A stretch of 64,000 bases of DNA from Candidatus Saccharimonadota bacterium (GCA_050486185.1 JBJHCT010000003.1:37500-101499), one strand, 5' to 3'. Shown: positions 47,913 to 58,349, counted from the first letter of the stretch. The notes: generated by a model not told the origin, from the letters alone. Made by a program: numbers and translations.

Positions 47913-48902
47913 ATGTTAGAAAAAACTAAAAATTTTAATCCCTTCACCATCTTTATATTGGCAAATATAGTTATTGGTACCAATGTTGTGGCTTTCAAGA
48001 TAGCTACAGAAGGAGCGATGGATCCATTACTATTCTCGGCCCTACGCTTTGGTGGTGCCGGTATGTTACTCCTGGGATTTATATGGAGTGGTGTATTAAA
48101 GAACCCTTCCGTACTTTGGCGAGTGTTACTTAATGCCAGCTTTATAGTAATCTTTTTATTTCTTTGGTCGTATGGCTTAGATCAATCTACAGCCATTAAA
48201 GCCTCTTTCTTAAGCCTAACCACACCGTTAATGATCTATGTTATGTCAGTGCTATTTTTGCATGAAAAAGCTAATAAACTAGCTTTAGTAGGCTGCTTAA
48301 CCGGATTATTGGGCAGTCTAATGATTATCGGTTTGCCGGCACTGTTTACCGATAGATTAGTGGTTGGTGATGTAATGCTTTTAGTCTCTTATCTATTCGC
48401 AGCTATTACGATTGTACATACCAAACACATGTATAGATGGGTAGGGCCGGCTGAGATAGTTAGTTACCGCTTCTTTGTAGCCGGTTTTATCGCTTTGGCT
48501 TACTTATTAATAGCCCAAGGTTCGGGAGTTTTTACCGGTGTTAGCCTTCAGGGATGGGTGGCTACGATTTACGGTATATTGATTACGGGCCTATTGGGTA
48601 ATGTGGTCTTTTTCTGGGCTTTAAAGCGAATTAGAGCTGAAGATGCCTCACCAGGTTTTTATGCCGATCCTTTAACCGGTACAGTTGCTTCAGTGTTGAT
48701 ATTAGGAGATGTCTTAGAACCACTAGCAGCTATTGGTGTAGCTATAGTTATATTGGGCTTAATAATCTCACATCCTCACCATCACAATATAATGTACCGT
48801 CTCCATACCAAAGAGCATCACCTATTACGACGGATTAGAGTTTGGTTGGGTGGCATACTAAGATATCGTCACTTTAACCACCTGCATATCAACCAGCGTT
48901 AG
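47913..48902 (+). CDS. EamA/DMT-family transporter
   Basis: 329 aa, 10 TM helices, duplicated EamA pattern. Confidence 0.7.
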   Translation: MLEKTKNFNPFTIFILANIVIGTNVVAFKIATEGAMDPLLFSALRFGGAGMLLLGFIWSGVLKNPSVLWRVLLNASFIVIFLFLWSYGLDQSTAIKASFLSLTTPLMIYVMSVLFLHEKANKLALVGCLTGLLGSLMIIGLPALFTDRLVVGDVMLLVSYLFAAITIVHTKHMYRWVGPAEIVSYRFFVAGFIALAYLLIAQGSGVFTGVSLQGWVATIYGILITGLLGNVVFFWALKRIRAEDASPGFYADPLTGTVASVLILGDVLEPLAAIGVAIVILGLIISHPHHHNIMYRLHTKEHHLLRRIRVWLGGILRYRHFNHLHINQR

Positions 48903-48940
48903 AAGCTTACGAATATCTGATATAATCTCTCATATAGGTT

Positions 48941-49312
48941 ATGTTTAATAATAAAGATTCCAAAATTATCAAACTCAGAGGTGACATCGACACCTCAACT
49001 AAGCCTATACATATCCATATCAACTCTAGTACTGATGATTTATGGAAGGACTTTAGCTACTGGCTAGAAGCTATTAGCTTTTTAGCTCATGAAGTACAGA
49101 AAGAGCGTGGCTGGAGCAAGAAACAGGTAGAGGAGTGTGTAGCCGAATACCTAGATAGAGCTTTAGATGATGTTAGTGATGATGAGGATAGAAAAGATAA
49201 TGACAATAATGACAATATTGACTTAAAAGACGCTCAAACCAAAGCTCTGACTAAGACTAAACATAAAGATAAGAAAAATGATAATCAATCAACTAAGAAG
49301 ACGAGTTCTTAG
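48941..49312 (+). CDS. hypothetical acidic protein
   Basis: 123-aa ORF. Confidence 0.4.
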   Translation: MFNNKDSKIIKLRGDIDTSTKPIHIHINSSTDDLWKDFSYWLEAISFLAHEVQKERGWSKKQVEECVAEYLDRALDDVSDDEDRKDNDNNDNIDLKDAQTKALTKTKHKDKKNDNQSTKKTSS

Positions 49313-49329
49313 AAGAAAGCAGGAAAGGT

Positions 49330-50241
49330 ATGGATAATATCAACCAAGACCCTAAATCACCAGTCATATCAATCAACGGCTTAGTTAAAAAGTTCGGCTC
49401 CACAGTAGCTTTAGATGGATTAGATATGCAAGTTGGGACTGGAGAGGTTCATGGGCTGCTTGGCCCCAATGGAGCCGGTAAATCTACTACTATTAGGGTA
49501 CTTTTAGGATTACTTCGCCAAGATCAAGGAGAGATCGAGTTGCTTGGTGGTGACCCTTGGCATGATGCTGTTAAGTTGCACGAGAAGCTGGCTTACGTGC
49601 CTGGTGAAGTTAATCTTTGGGATAATCTATCTGGTGGTGAGATTATCGATTTATTGATTGATTTACGAGGTAATGTAGATATTAATCGTCGTCAGGAACT
49701 AATAGAGCGTTTCCGTCTAGATTCAAGTAAAAAGTTTCGCACCTATTCCAAGGGCAATAGACAGAAAGTAGCCTTAATTGCGGCTCTGGCCTCAGATGTT
49801 GATTTGTATATTTTAGATGAACCAACATCAGGGTTAGATCCTTTATTAGAATTAGTTTTTCAAGATGAGATTAGAAGATTAAAAGACCTAGGCAAAACTA
49901 TTTTGCTATCTAGTCATATCTTAGCCGAAGTTGAGGCTTTATGTGACCGAGTAACTATCATTAGGGAAGGCCAAGTTGTTGAGTCAGGTTCATTAGATGA
50001 GTTGCGCCATCTAACCAGAACTACTATTAAAGTAGCCACAACCAAACCACTAGCTGAGATCGGCCGATTGCCTGGTATGCATGAATTTAAATCCGAAGGT
50101 AGATATGCTGAATTTGAAGTTGAGCCGGAGTATCTCAACAATGTTCTTACCCACTTAAGTCAGTTGCAGGTTGAGTCGATCATCTCTCATCCACCGACTC
50201 TAGAGGAGATGTTTATGGGACATTACAAAGGCGATGACTAG
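49330..50241 (+). CDS. ABC transporter ATP-binding protein
   Basis: Walker A GPNGAGKST, signature LSGGE, Walker B ILDEPTSGLD. Confidence 0.85.
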   Translation: MDNINQDPKSPVISINGLVKKFGSTVALDGLDMQVGTGEVHGLLGPNGAGKSTTIRVLLGLLRQDQGEIELLGGDPWHDAVKLHEKLAYVPGEVNLWDNLSGGEIIDLLIDLRGNVDINRRQELIERFRLDSSKKFRTYSKGNRQKVALIAALASDVDLYILDEPTSGLDPLLELVFQDEIRRLKDLGKTILLSSHILAEVEALCDRVTIIREGQVVESGSLDELRHLTRTTIKVATTKPLAEIGRLPGMHEFKSEGRYAEFEVEPEYLNNVLTHLSQLQVESIISHPPTLEEMFMGHYKGDD

Positions 50242-50262
50242 AAAGGTGAGTTTTCAAGATCA

Positions 50263-51897
50263 ATGAAAGAACACTTTAAAGGAACTTTAAGACTACTGAG
50301 GTTGGCTATTCGTCGGGATAGACTGAAGCTATCTATAACTTTTGTGGCCGTAGCGGTATTAGTTCCTGCTTTAGTTAACGGAGTGAAGGAGATTTTTCCC
50401 TCTCAAGCCGAGATGGTTCAAGGCGCTACGCTGCTAGCTGCTAATCCAGCCATGCGTTTATTTGGTCTACCTATAGGAACAGATATGGGCCATATTCTAA
50501 TGCTAAGATCTTTTGTAACACTCGCTATTTTAGCTGCTTTTGTTAGTACTTTCTTAGTTATTAGGCACACTAGGCAGAACGAGGAGGTCGGTAGATCAGA
50601 ACTAGTTAAATCTGGCCCTGTGGGTCGGTATAGCTTTTTAACATCTAGCCTTATACTAGTTTTGTTAGTTAACTCGATCTTAGGATTATTAATAGCTACT
50701 GGATTTATATTAGGAGACCTACCCATAAGAGGTGCTATTTTAGTAGGTACAGCTGCCGGTTTAGTTGGTCTAGCTTTTGCATCCATAGCATTTATCTGCG
50801 CCCAAGTTGCCCAGACCTCTAGAAGCGCTAATAACTTAGCAGCTTCTACTATTGGAGTCAGCTTTATATTGAGTGGAATCGGTAGTGTTTTGGGCCAGGC
50901 TAGAGACGGCCATTTAGCGGTAATAGATCCTCATTGGGCCTCGTGGCTTTCGCCTATTGGTTGGGCTCAGACAATGAGGCCGTTTGCGGAAAATAATCTA
51001 TCGATAATCTGGCTGTTTGTGATCTTTAGTCTAATCTGTATAGTCACAGCCTGGATATTAGCAAGCAAACGGGATGATGGTCAGGGCATATTAGCGGCCA
51101 GTTCTGGTAAAGCTTCGGCCTCGTCTTGGTTATTGAGTCTAACGGGTTTAAATTGGCGGCTTAACAGAGGTGTATTTATCGGCTGGTTGATTGGATCTAC
51201 TGCTACGGCGGCTGTTTTTGCTGTCATGGCTCCTGATGTATCTGAACTGCTATCTCAAGCCGAGGGTATCGCCGATATCTTAATTGCTGCTACCGGATCA
51301 GCAGATATAGTTCTAGCCTTTTTTGGCGCTGGTACCGGTATAGCCGGTATCTTATCTGCCATCTATGTAGTGCAGATGGTTTTGAAACTACGAGTCGAGG
51401 AGAATCGAGCCTTAGAGTTGATGTTTTCTGGGAAGCTATCTAAAAGCAGATGGTTAATCTCTAGTACGTTATACATAGTAGCAACTACCACCTTGATACT
51501 ACTAGCTTTTGGTTTAGTGACGTCTCTACTATCAAACTTGATGTTAGAGGATTTCGCCAACTTATTTAGCGAAATAGTTATCGGCTCTATGGTCCAGCTT
51601 CCGGCAGTACTGCTCATCATGAGCTTAGTTTTAACCGCATTTGCACTGCTGCCCAGACTAACCAATGCTCTAGCTTGGAGCATACTATCTATCAGCATTA
51701 TCTTTAGCCCCTTCTTTAGTTCCATGTTCAACCTACCAGATGCGTTAATCAATCTATCGCCTCTAGCTCACAGCCCATCAGTGCCGCCACTGGATAATCT
51801 AGAGGCCGAGCCGCTAATTATTCTCTCAGTTATAGCTTTAGTGTTGATAAGTATTAGTATTATAGCTTTTAGGCGGCGGGATCTACAGACTAACTAG
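50263..51897 (+). CDS. ABC-2-type exporter permease
   Basis: 544 aa, 12 TM helices. Downstream of and coupled to the ATPase gene. Confidence 0.7.
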   Translation: MKEHFKGTLRLLRLAIRRDRLKLSITFVAVAVLVPALVNGVKEIFPSQAEMVQGATLLAANPAMRLFGLPIGTDMGHILMLRSFVTLAILAAFVSTFLVIRHTRQNEEVGRSELVKSGPVGRYSFLTSSLILVLLVNSILGLLIATGFILGDLPIRGAILVGTAAGLVGLAFASIAFICAQVAQTSRSANNLAASTIGVSFILSGIGSVLGQARDGHLAVIDPHWASWLSPIGWAQTMRPFAENNLSIIWLFVIFSLICIVTAWILASKRDDGQGILAASSGKASASSWLLSLTGLNWRLNRGVFIGWLIGSTATAAVFAVMAPDVSELLSQAEGIADILIAATGSADIVLAFFGAGTGIAGILSAIYVVQMVLKLRVEENRALELMFSGKLSKSRWLISSTLYIVATTTLILLAFGLVTSLLSNLMLEDFANLFSEIVIGSMVQLPAVLLIMSLVLTAFALLPRLTNALAWSILSISIIFSPFFSSMFNLPDALINLSPLAHSPSVPPLDNLEAEPLIILSVIALVLISISIIAFRRRDLQTN

Positions 51898-51961
51898 GTT
51901 TATTTAGAAATACCCAGGGCTATACTTGCTCCTGTGATAAAGATGCTATAATGCTCTTACT

Positions 51962-52561
51962 ATGGCAAATCAGCCAGCTAAGAGGGCGCTTTTTATACTG
52001 TTACTGCTTGTGGGGGCTGGGGTGATTGGCCTAGGCGCTTTCTGGTTAACTAATAGATTCGTAACTCAAGAAGCAGCAAATATCAGTTCCTTTACTGAGT
52101 GTGAGGCGGCTGGATATCCGGTCATGGAGTCTCACCCTAGGAGGTGTAATACACCGGGCGGCAAGACCTTTGTTGAAGATATAGAAGGTGAAGAAGATAA
52201 CGGAATAGAGATGGCCGAGTATGCTTCTACTAAAGGCGAGACTATTCGTTTGTTTTCTCCGCAATCAGGAGACGTTATTACCTCACCTTTGAGTATTTCC
52301 GGAGAAGTTAGAGGTAATTGGTCGTTTGAAGCTGACTTTCCTATAGAGATTTGGGACTGGCAGGGAAATGTAGTAGCTAGTGGTATCGGTACTCTAACAG
52401 ATGATTGGATGACTGACGAGTATGTTTTATTTGAGTCAACTATAGAATTTGATGATGCTGATTTAGATGGTCAGGGGATGTTGGTGCTACATAAAGACAA
52501 CCCATCAGACCTAGAAGAGCATGACGATCGTTTAGAGATTCCGATTTTATTTAACAACTAA
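51962..52561 (+). CDS. secreted Gmad2-like Ig-fold protein
   Basis: Signal anchor. …FSPQSGDVITSPLSISGEVRGNWSFEADFPIEIWDWQGN… resembles the Gmad2 domain. Confidence 0.5.
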   Translation: MANQPAKRALFILLLLVGAGVIGLGAFWLTNRFVTQEAANISSFTECEAAGYPVMESHPRRCNTPGGKTFVEDIEGEEDNGIEMAEYASTKGETIRLFSPQSGDVITSPLSISGEVRGNWSFEADFPIEIWDWQGNVVASGIGTLTDDWMTDEYVLFESTIEFDDADLDGQGMLVLHKDNPSDLEEHDDRLEIPILFNN

Positions 52562-52573
52562 ATCTTTTAGTTG

Positions 52574-53431
52574 TTAGTCTTTGTCTTTGTCTTTATCTTT
52601 GTCTTTGTCTTTATAGCTACCTTTCCATAGGCGCAAGATTCCAGCTAGAATCAGCGCTAGTAAACTCAAGCCGGTTAAAGTAGCGATGACGGGTAGTAGT
52701 GCACCGGTGATAATGGGGGCTACTTCGTTAATGATAGAATCAACCCTACCACTACCAGCCTCAGAAGCCATACCGCTTAATATTCCCAAAACTGCTACTA
52801 AAGGCAGTAAACTCATCAATACCACAAAACTAGGAGATACTAATCTCCCGAAGCGATGGCTGAAATAGGTGAGGCTACTTAGCAGCAGCAGGCTTACTAG
52901 GCTTAAAATTATGAGGGTACCCCTAGATTTTAAGTGCGAGTCATAGCTAACTAGCGAGATAAAACTAGCATCATTAATAAAGCTATCGATCTCGTCTTGA
53001 TCATCGGTTATTTGAGCGGCTAACTCCTCAGGACCATTATAGTAAAGCGGTTCGGTGATTTGGCGAAATATTGCTAGCCTCAACTCTCTAGGAGATAACT
53101 CTTGGGCCTCAGCCTTGGTAATGCTGATAAACTCCATGCCTTCGATTGGATGTATAACATCTTCATCCTTAAACTCATCTAAAATCTCGTTAATATCACC
53201 TTCATAATCTAACCCTTCAGGACTGAAGGCTGCAGCTATTGCTAGTGTCGATATATCGATAGCATTTTCAGGGCTACTCAGCCGCCAAAAACTAAAGACT
53301 AGCAGTGTAGCTAGTACTAATAGGATCGATAGTATGCCGCTGATCCATTTAAGATCGACATGCCAATACGGTCTGATTTTAGGAGTTTTATCCTGGCTCT
53401 TTGGGCGTTTAAACATAAGCTGATTATACAC
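52574..53431 (-). CDS. membrane protein with a C-terminal (KD)n tail
   Basis: 285 aa with multiple TM helices. It ends …GSYKDKDKDKDKDKD, encoded by the hexanucleotide repeat at 52576-52615. Confidence 0.55.
   Translation of the reverse strand: MYNQLMFKRPKSQDKTPKIRPYWHVDLKWISGILSILLVLATLLVFSFWRLSSPENAIDISTLAIAAAFSPEGLDYEGDINEILDEFKDEDVIHPIEGMEFISITKAEAQELSPRELRLAIFRQITEPLYYNGPEELAAQITDDQDEIDSFINDASFISLVSYDSHLKSRGTLIILSLVSLLLLSSLTYFSHRFGRLVSPSFVVLMSLLPLVAVLGILSGMASEAGSGRVDSIINEVAPIITGALLPVIATLTGLSLLALILAGILRLWKGSYKDKDKDKDKDKD
52576..52615. repeat. (GTCTTT/ATCTTT)n hexanucleotide microsatellite at the 3' end of the 52574-53431 gene
   Basis: Sequence gtctttgtctttgtctttatctttgtctttgtctttat read directly. 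Confidence 0.8.
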
Positions 53432-53483
53432 CGCCTATCTTTTAAAGCGCCAACTCAAGCAGTTTTTGCTATGATATACCTAT

Positions 53484-53831
53484 ATGGTTAAACACTTTAT
53501 CTTTAAATACGCCTATCATCTCCTATTTATACTATCAATATCTGCCATCCTAGCCGGTGTCTGGGTTTATCACTACATTGAGGGTATGAGCTGGATCGAT
53601 GCTTATTATTTTAGTGTTATTACTTTAGCTACTGTCGGTTACGGTGATATAACCCCTCAGACTAACTTTGGCAAAATATTTACTACTATATATGTACTAG
53701 TCGGTATAGCCATAATCGGTGGATTTATAGGTACTATAATTAGCCGCGGCAGAGATAGACTAGCCCAGAAGGTTCACTATCACCGCAGTCAGGACTATTA
53801 TAGCGAGGACAAGGAAGAGCCAAGACTTTAG
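53484..53831 (+). CDS. minimal 2-TM potassium channel (TVGYGD selectivity filter)
   Basis: 115 aa. M1 helix, pore helix with …ITLATVGYGDITP…, M2 helix, and a short cytoplasmic tail. Confidence 0.7.
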   Translation: MVKHFIFKYAYHLLFILSISAILAGVWVYHYIEGMSWIDAYYFSVITLATVGYGDITPQTNFGKIFTTIYVLVGIAIIGGFIGTIISRGRDRLAQKVHYHRSQDYYSEDKEEPRL

Positions 53832-53878
53832 CTGATCGGACTTGGTGATTTTAAGTCTTTCATGTTACATTAACCCTT

Positions 53879-54358
53879 ATGAATACTAAAGCCATTATTG
53901 CCATAGTATTAGCTGTAGTTGCTGTCGGCTTAGTTGCTATATTCTTTTTTGCAGGCGGTGTTAATGACGAAGATGTGGACGATACCACTACTCAAGAAGA
54001 GACAACAGCTAACGGTGAAGCTGAGACGACTCCAGGAGATGATCCTAGAACTATCGATGATGGCAGCGATGAGGTTGAGGGCGTAGAAGGAACTACGGTT
54101 AGGTATAGCTCCAGTGGCTTTGCTCCAGCTACATTAACAGTTAGTGTTGGTGGCACGGTTTCGTTTATGAATGGTAGTAATACCAACATGTGGGTGGCAT
54201 CCGACCCACATCCAATTCACAACGACTACCCGGATTTCGATGCCGGCAGAGGTTATGCTCCAGGAGATACTTATGAGTTTACTTTCACTAAAACTGGCAC
54301 ATATGGCTATCACGACCATCTCAATCCTACTCGTGGCGGCACTATAGTCGTTGAGTAG
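53879..54358 (+). CDS. secreted cupredoxin-like protein
   Basis: Signal anchor, acidic linker, then a beta-sandwich region with His-rich loops (…ASDPHPIHNDYP…YGYHDHLNP…) suggesting a Cu-binding site. Confidence 0.5.
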   Translation: MNTKAIIAIVLAVVAVGLVAIFFFAGGVNDEDVDDTTTQEETTANGEAETTPGDDPRTIDDGSDEVEGVEGTTVRYSSSGFAPATLTVSVGGTVSFMNGSNTNMWVASDPHPIHNDYPDFDAGRGYAPGDTYEFTFTKTGTYGYHDHLNPTRGGTIVVE

Positions 54359-54362
54359 CTAT

Positions 54363-55892
54363 TTAATAACCGGGGAAATAATCGGTTTTAACTTGTAATT
54401 TATCTATATTTGCTTCTATCAACATAACCTCAACATCTTTAATCATGGCCGGTGGTCCAGATAAGTAGTAAGTTGCGTCAGTGTAGTTATCTACATACTC
54501 TTTAACTAAATCGATATCTAGCTGATGAGACTTATCTCTATATAGGTAAACTACTTTGAGTCCTATGCTACTAGCGTTTTTATCAAAGTAGTCTTTAAAG
54601 ATAACAGAATCCTCACCTCTATTGATATAAAAAAGAGTAATATCTCTTGTTTGATCTTCGTCTTTCAACCACTGGGCCATAGCTTTGAAGGGAGTAATCC
54701 CTACTCCTGCTGCTATCCAAACTAAAGGTTTATCTTCATTTTTAGGCAATACAAACTCTCCCTCGGGTCCGGTAACAGATAGCTCATCCTCTGGTTTTAA
54801 CTCAAGCAAGGCTTTCTTGAAACTACTGATTTTATCTGACTCACGAGGAAATTTAGCTGTTAATCTAAGCTCTTTTTCGCTAGGAGAGGAAGCGATCGTG
54901 AAAAAGCGTCTACTGCCTCGTAAATCTATCTTTTTGTGCGGCAAGGACCAATCCAGGTATTGACCAGCTAGAAACTCTAAGCCATCTGGCCTATTAAAGA
55001 CCAAGGTTTTAATATCGCTAGCTTCATCAACAACTGATTGTAATTTGAGCTTAAACCTACGACTTGCGCCTAAGAGTAGGGCTAGTAAGTTAGCAATCAA
55101 CAGACTTAATTCCAGAGAGTAAAATACGCTCAAGAGATTTTGAATCGATACTAGTAAGATAGCTGTAACTATCCCGAATACGATCTGTTGGTTCTTTCTA
55201 GTTGGTGAGGTCTGTGGTTCAACCAACATCACAAAAGCAAAGAAGATAATCGGGGAGTTAAGTAGAATTCTTTCCAGCAAGCCATAGGTACTAGCAAGGT
55301 CACTACCACCAATTAAGTTAGTTGCAAACATCAACGTAAAGTAGGTCAGCAAAAAGGCCGCAATCATACCGAAACGTTTGATCTTTTTAACAATCAAGAG
55401 ACCGCCTAGCAATACTACTGGCAAGATCCAAGCTCCGCTCACCCACCAGCTAGCTCCTTGGTCGAAGATGATGTAGCTAGCCATGACAGCTACTACAGCC
55501 GGATTAAATATATGTTTGCGCCTGTAGGTAAGTAAATATTTTGAAGCCATAGCAGCGGCTGCTAGGAGGATAAATATATGTAAATTAGCAGCTATAGGTA
55601 GAGGTCCGACTATTAAAGTCAGTATTAGACCGGTAATCAAAGGCGATTCTATAGTTGCATCAGCTTTAAATAGTCTTGCTAAGACCCAGTTAAAGATTAA
55701 ACAAAGACCGGGCAGGATGAGGCTAGCAAGTATTAACTCTAAGGGGTTGTAAAACAATACATCAAAGAAGCTTAAAATTACTACGTAGAAGATGATGGAG
55801 GCTAGATAGGCTCTCATTAAAAACAGCATACTAAAGCGATTTAGGAGTGAGTCTATATACCTCATATACTTCTTAGGGTAACAGAAATGCAA
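54363..55892 (-). CDS. membrane-bound oxidoreductase: N-terminal polytopic domain plus FNR-like FAD/NAD(P)-binding domain
   Basis: 509 aa. C-terminal RRFFTIASSP (FAD) and AGVGITPF (NAD) motifs. No His pairs were seen in the TM part, so it is not a classical ferric reductase. Confidence 0.55.
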   Translation of the reverse strand: MHFCYPKKYMRYIDSLLNRFSMLFLMRAYLASIIFYVVILSFFDVLFYNPLELILASLILPGLCLIFNWVLARLFKADATIESPLITGLILTLIVGPLPIAANLHIFILLAAAAMASKYLLTYRRKHIFNPAVVAVMASYIIFDQGASWWVSGAWILPVVLLGGLLIVKKIKRFGMIAAFLLTYFTLMFATNLIGGSDLASTYGLLERILLNSPIIFFAFVMLVEPQTSPTRKNQQIVFGIVTAILLVSIQNLLSVFYSLELSLLIANLLALLLGASRRFKLKLQSVVDEASDIKTLVFNRPDGLEFLAGQYLDWSLPHKKIDLRGSRRFFTIASSPSEKELRLTAKFPRESDKISSFKKALLELKPEDELSVTGPEGEFVLPKNEDKPLVWIAAGVGITPFKAMAQWLKDEDQTRDITLFYINRGEDSVIFKDYFDKNASSIGLKVVYLYRDKSHQLDIDLVKEYVDNYTDATYYLSGPPAMIKDVEVMLIEANIDKLQVKTDYFPGY

Positions 55893-56043
55893 GCCCAGTA
55901 CCTAGAAATAAAAGATTTTAAATCCAGGTTTCAAGGGGTAATAAGAAGGTCGTTTTATTTGCCCTTTTAACTAAAAAGGTATATCATTGTCACTATAAAC
56001 TCTTTGAAGTTAACAGTATAAATAAATAAGGAGCATTAAAGTT

Positions 56044-56250
56044 ATGAATATTTTCGGATTAGGCGTACCAGAACTGATACTAATCATCGTGTTAGTACTA
56101 TTACTATTCGGAGGCAAGAAGCTTCCTCAACTATCTAGAAACGTATCTTCCGCCATCAAAGATCTAAGACGCGGTTTCTCAGGTGATATCGATGAAGAAA
56201 TGGACATAGAGAACGTAGCTAAAAACAGCAGTAAGAAAAGCTCTAAATAA
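56044..56250 (+). CDS. tatA: twin-arginine translocase TatA/E
   Basis: 68 aa. MNIFGLGVPELILIIVLVLLLFGGKKLP is the TatA TM-hinge-amphipathic pattern. Confidence 0.85.
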   Translation: MNIFGLGVPELILIIVLVLLLFGGKKLPQLSRNVSSAIKDLRRGFSGDIDEEMDIENVAKNSSKKSSK

Positions 56251-56364
56251 CTCTTCCAAACTTCCAAGAAGTACCTTTTAAAAATTTCAAAACAAACCAA
56301 CCAAACCTCAAACTAGATATCAACAAAAAAGATATCTCTTAGTGAAACAAATAGAAAAGTAAAA

Positions 56365-57219
56365 ATGAGCAAAAGCAAAAACCAAGATCAGTTAGATAAT
56401 GTCACTACTTTCCACGGCCACCTAAGAGAGCTGCGGAACAGGTTTTTCTATGTCGGCATGATTCTAATCGTCGGCTCAATCTTGGGTTTTATGGCTCATG
56501 AGCCAATCCAGGATATTTTGGTATCACCCCTAGGTCATCAGCTGCACTACACCTCTCCTATGGGAGGGTTGCAGTTTATCTTCAAAATCAGTCTTTTTGC
56601 CGGTATCTTACTGTCAATCCCAGCTTTTATATATAACTTAATCAAGTTTGTAGAACCTTCTATAGGTAAAGAGAATGTTAACTATAGCCTCAAGATTATC
56701 AGCGCGTCATTCTTGCTACTTGCCACCGGTATATCTTTCGGTTACTTCGTATCGTTACCGGCTGTACTATCATTCCTAGTCGGTTTTGCACCTGATAGTA
56801 TTGCCCCGATTATCACCACCAATGAATACTTATCATTCGTAACACTATATCTATTTGCTTTTGGTCTAATCTTCCAAATACCCCTAATATTCTTAATCAT
56901 CAACAACTTTACTCCCCTAAATCCAGATAAGCTGAATAAATCACAAAAGTATGTAGTAGTAGTAAGTTACATTGCAGCAGCTATCATTAGTCCAACTATC
57001 GATGTCATCAACCAAACCATCATGGCTCTGCCTATAATCGTGCTTTATGAAATATCTATCGGTCTAGTCTGGGTAGTTAACCGCTACGCTAAATACGATT
57101 GGGGAGAAGAGTTGGTTGAGGATGAGTTTGGCAATCTGGTAAACACTGAACCTGAAGAAGGCTTTGTAGCCTTGGTCGGCCAGGCTTTAAAGTCCCACCA
57201 ACTAGATAGATCATCCTAA
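56365..57219 (+). CDS. tatC: twin-arginine translocase TatC
   Basis: 284 aa, 6 TM helices. N-terminal …FHGHLRELRNR…. Confidence 0.85.
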   Translation: MSKSKNQDQLDNVTTFHGHLRELRNRFFYVGMILIVGSILGFMAHEPIQDILVSPLGHQLHYTSPMGGLQFIFKISLFAGILLSIPAFIYNLIKFVEPSIGKENVNYSLKIISASFLLLATGISFGYFVSLPAVLSFLVGFAPDSIAPIITTNEYLSFVTLYLFAFGLIFQIPLIFLIINNFTPLNPDKLNKSQKYVVVVSYIAAAIISPTIDVINQTIMALPIIVLYEISIGLVWVVNRYAKYDWGEELVEDEFGNLVNTEPEEGFVALVGQALKSHQLDRSS

Positions 57220-57240
57220 GTCCGTTATCATATGTAGTGT

Positions 57241-58047
57241 ATGAACAAGATAGTTATATCAGCAATAGCGGTATTAGTGCTAGTAGTCGGTGGCTACGGA
57301 CTGTATTGGTATTTAGATAATCAAGCAGATGAAGTAGTTGAAGATAGCCTTGAACAAGAACAGATAGAGGAGCAGCCACAGCTAAGCCTGCAGGAGAGAT
57401 TTGTGAAAGTATTCTATGATGCTGATTTACCTAACCTAGAATGGCTAGAGGAAGCACCAGCTATAACCGGCAATGAAGAGGCCGACGCTCGCATTCGCTC
57501 CATAGCTGAGCAACGAGGATACAAACTGCAAGCCATACCAACGGTAGAGCTAGTAGAACTACAAGGTATATTAGTGCAAGAACCGGTAGTTGAAGCTTGG
57601 AACCAGATGCAGGCAGCTGCTATTGAAGAAGGTGTCTACCTAGGACTTGTATCGGGCCATAGATCGGTAGATAACCAAAGAGAGATATTTATAAATCAAT
57701 TACATGAGCGAGCCGATGAAGAGATTGGCAATCGCTACACCTTTGCTCAGATAGCTGGCGGTACAGCCGATGCGGTTCTTAACGATATACTAAGAGAATA
57801 TTCCATACCTGGCTATTCCAAGCACCACAACGGTTATACTATCGATATTACCGATACTACGGATGAGTATCCTTTCTATCAATTCGATAAAACTGCCGGG
57901 TATGCCTGGGTGAGCGGTAACGACTATGCCAACATTAGACGTTTCGGTTTTGTGCCTAGTTATCCTGAGGGTGGGCCAAGTCAAGGACCAGATCCGGAGC
58001 CGTGGGAGTATGTTTGGGTCGGTGAGGATAGAGCGCAGAATCTATAA
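57241..58047 (+). CDS. M15-family D-Ala-D-Ala carboxypeptidase (VanY-like)
   Basis: Signal anchor. Zn-binding SGHRS…D and YSKHHNGYTIDI motifs. Confidence 0.65.
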   Translation: MNKIVISAIAVLVLVVGGYGLYWYLDNQADEVVEDSLEQEQIEEQPQLSLQERFVKVFYDADLPNLEWLEEAPAITGNEEADARIRSIAEQRGYKLQAIPTVELVELQGILVQEPVVEAWNQMQAAAIEEGVYLGLVSGHRSVDNQREIFINQLHERADEEIGNRYTFAQIAGGTADAVLNDILREYSIPGYSKHHNGYTIDITDTTDEYPFYQFDKTAGYAWVSGNDYANIRRFGFVPSYPEGGPSQGPDPEPWEYVWVGEDRAQNL

Positions 58048-58052
58048 ATGTA

Positions 58053-58082
58053 AAAACCCCACTAAAATAGCGGGGTTTTTAC
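58053..58082. terminator. bidirectional intrinsic terminator between convergent genes (AAAAACCCCactaaaatagcGGGGTTTTT)
   Basis: Hairpin flanked by an A-run and a T-run, between 57241-58047 (+) and 58101-58349 (-). Confidence 0.6.
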
Positions 58083-58100
58083 TACCTAAATAGAGTTTAT

Positions 58101-58349
58101 CTATTCTTTAGGACGAGCAATGTCTACTCGCAAATTGCGACCTTCGAATTCCTTCTCATTTAGCTGATCAACAGCTGCCTGAGCTTCTTCGTCGCTAGAC
58201 ATCTCTACAAAGCCGAAGCCCTTAGATCTGCCAGTCTCACGGTCGGTAATGATAGCTACCGAAGTAACTGTACCTGCTTGTGAGAAGTGTTGAGTTAGGG
58301 CATCATCCGTAGTTCGATACGGTAGGTTGCCTACATATAGTTTAGCCAT
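58101..58349 (-). CDS. RRM-type RNA-binding protein
   Basis: 82 aa. RNP2 LYVGNL and RNP1 KGFGFVEM. Confidence 0.85.
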   Translation of the reverse strand: MAKLYVGNLPYRTTDDALTQHFSQAGTVTSVAIITDRETGRSKGFGFVEMSSDEEAQAAVDQLNEKEFEGRNLRVDIARPKE

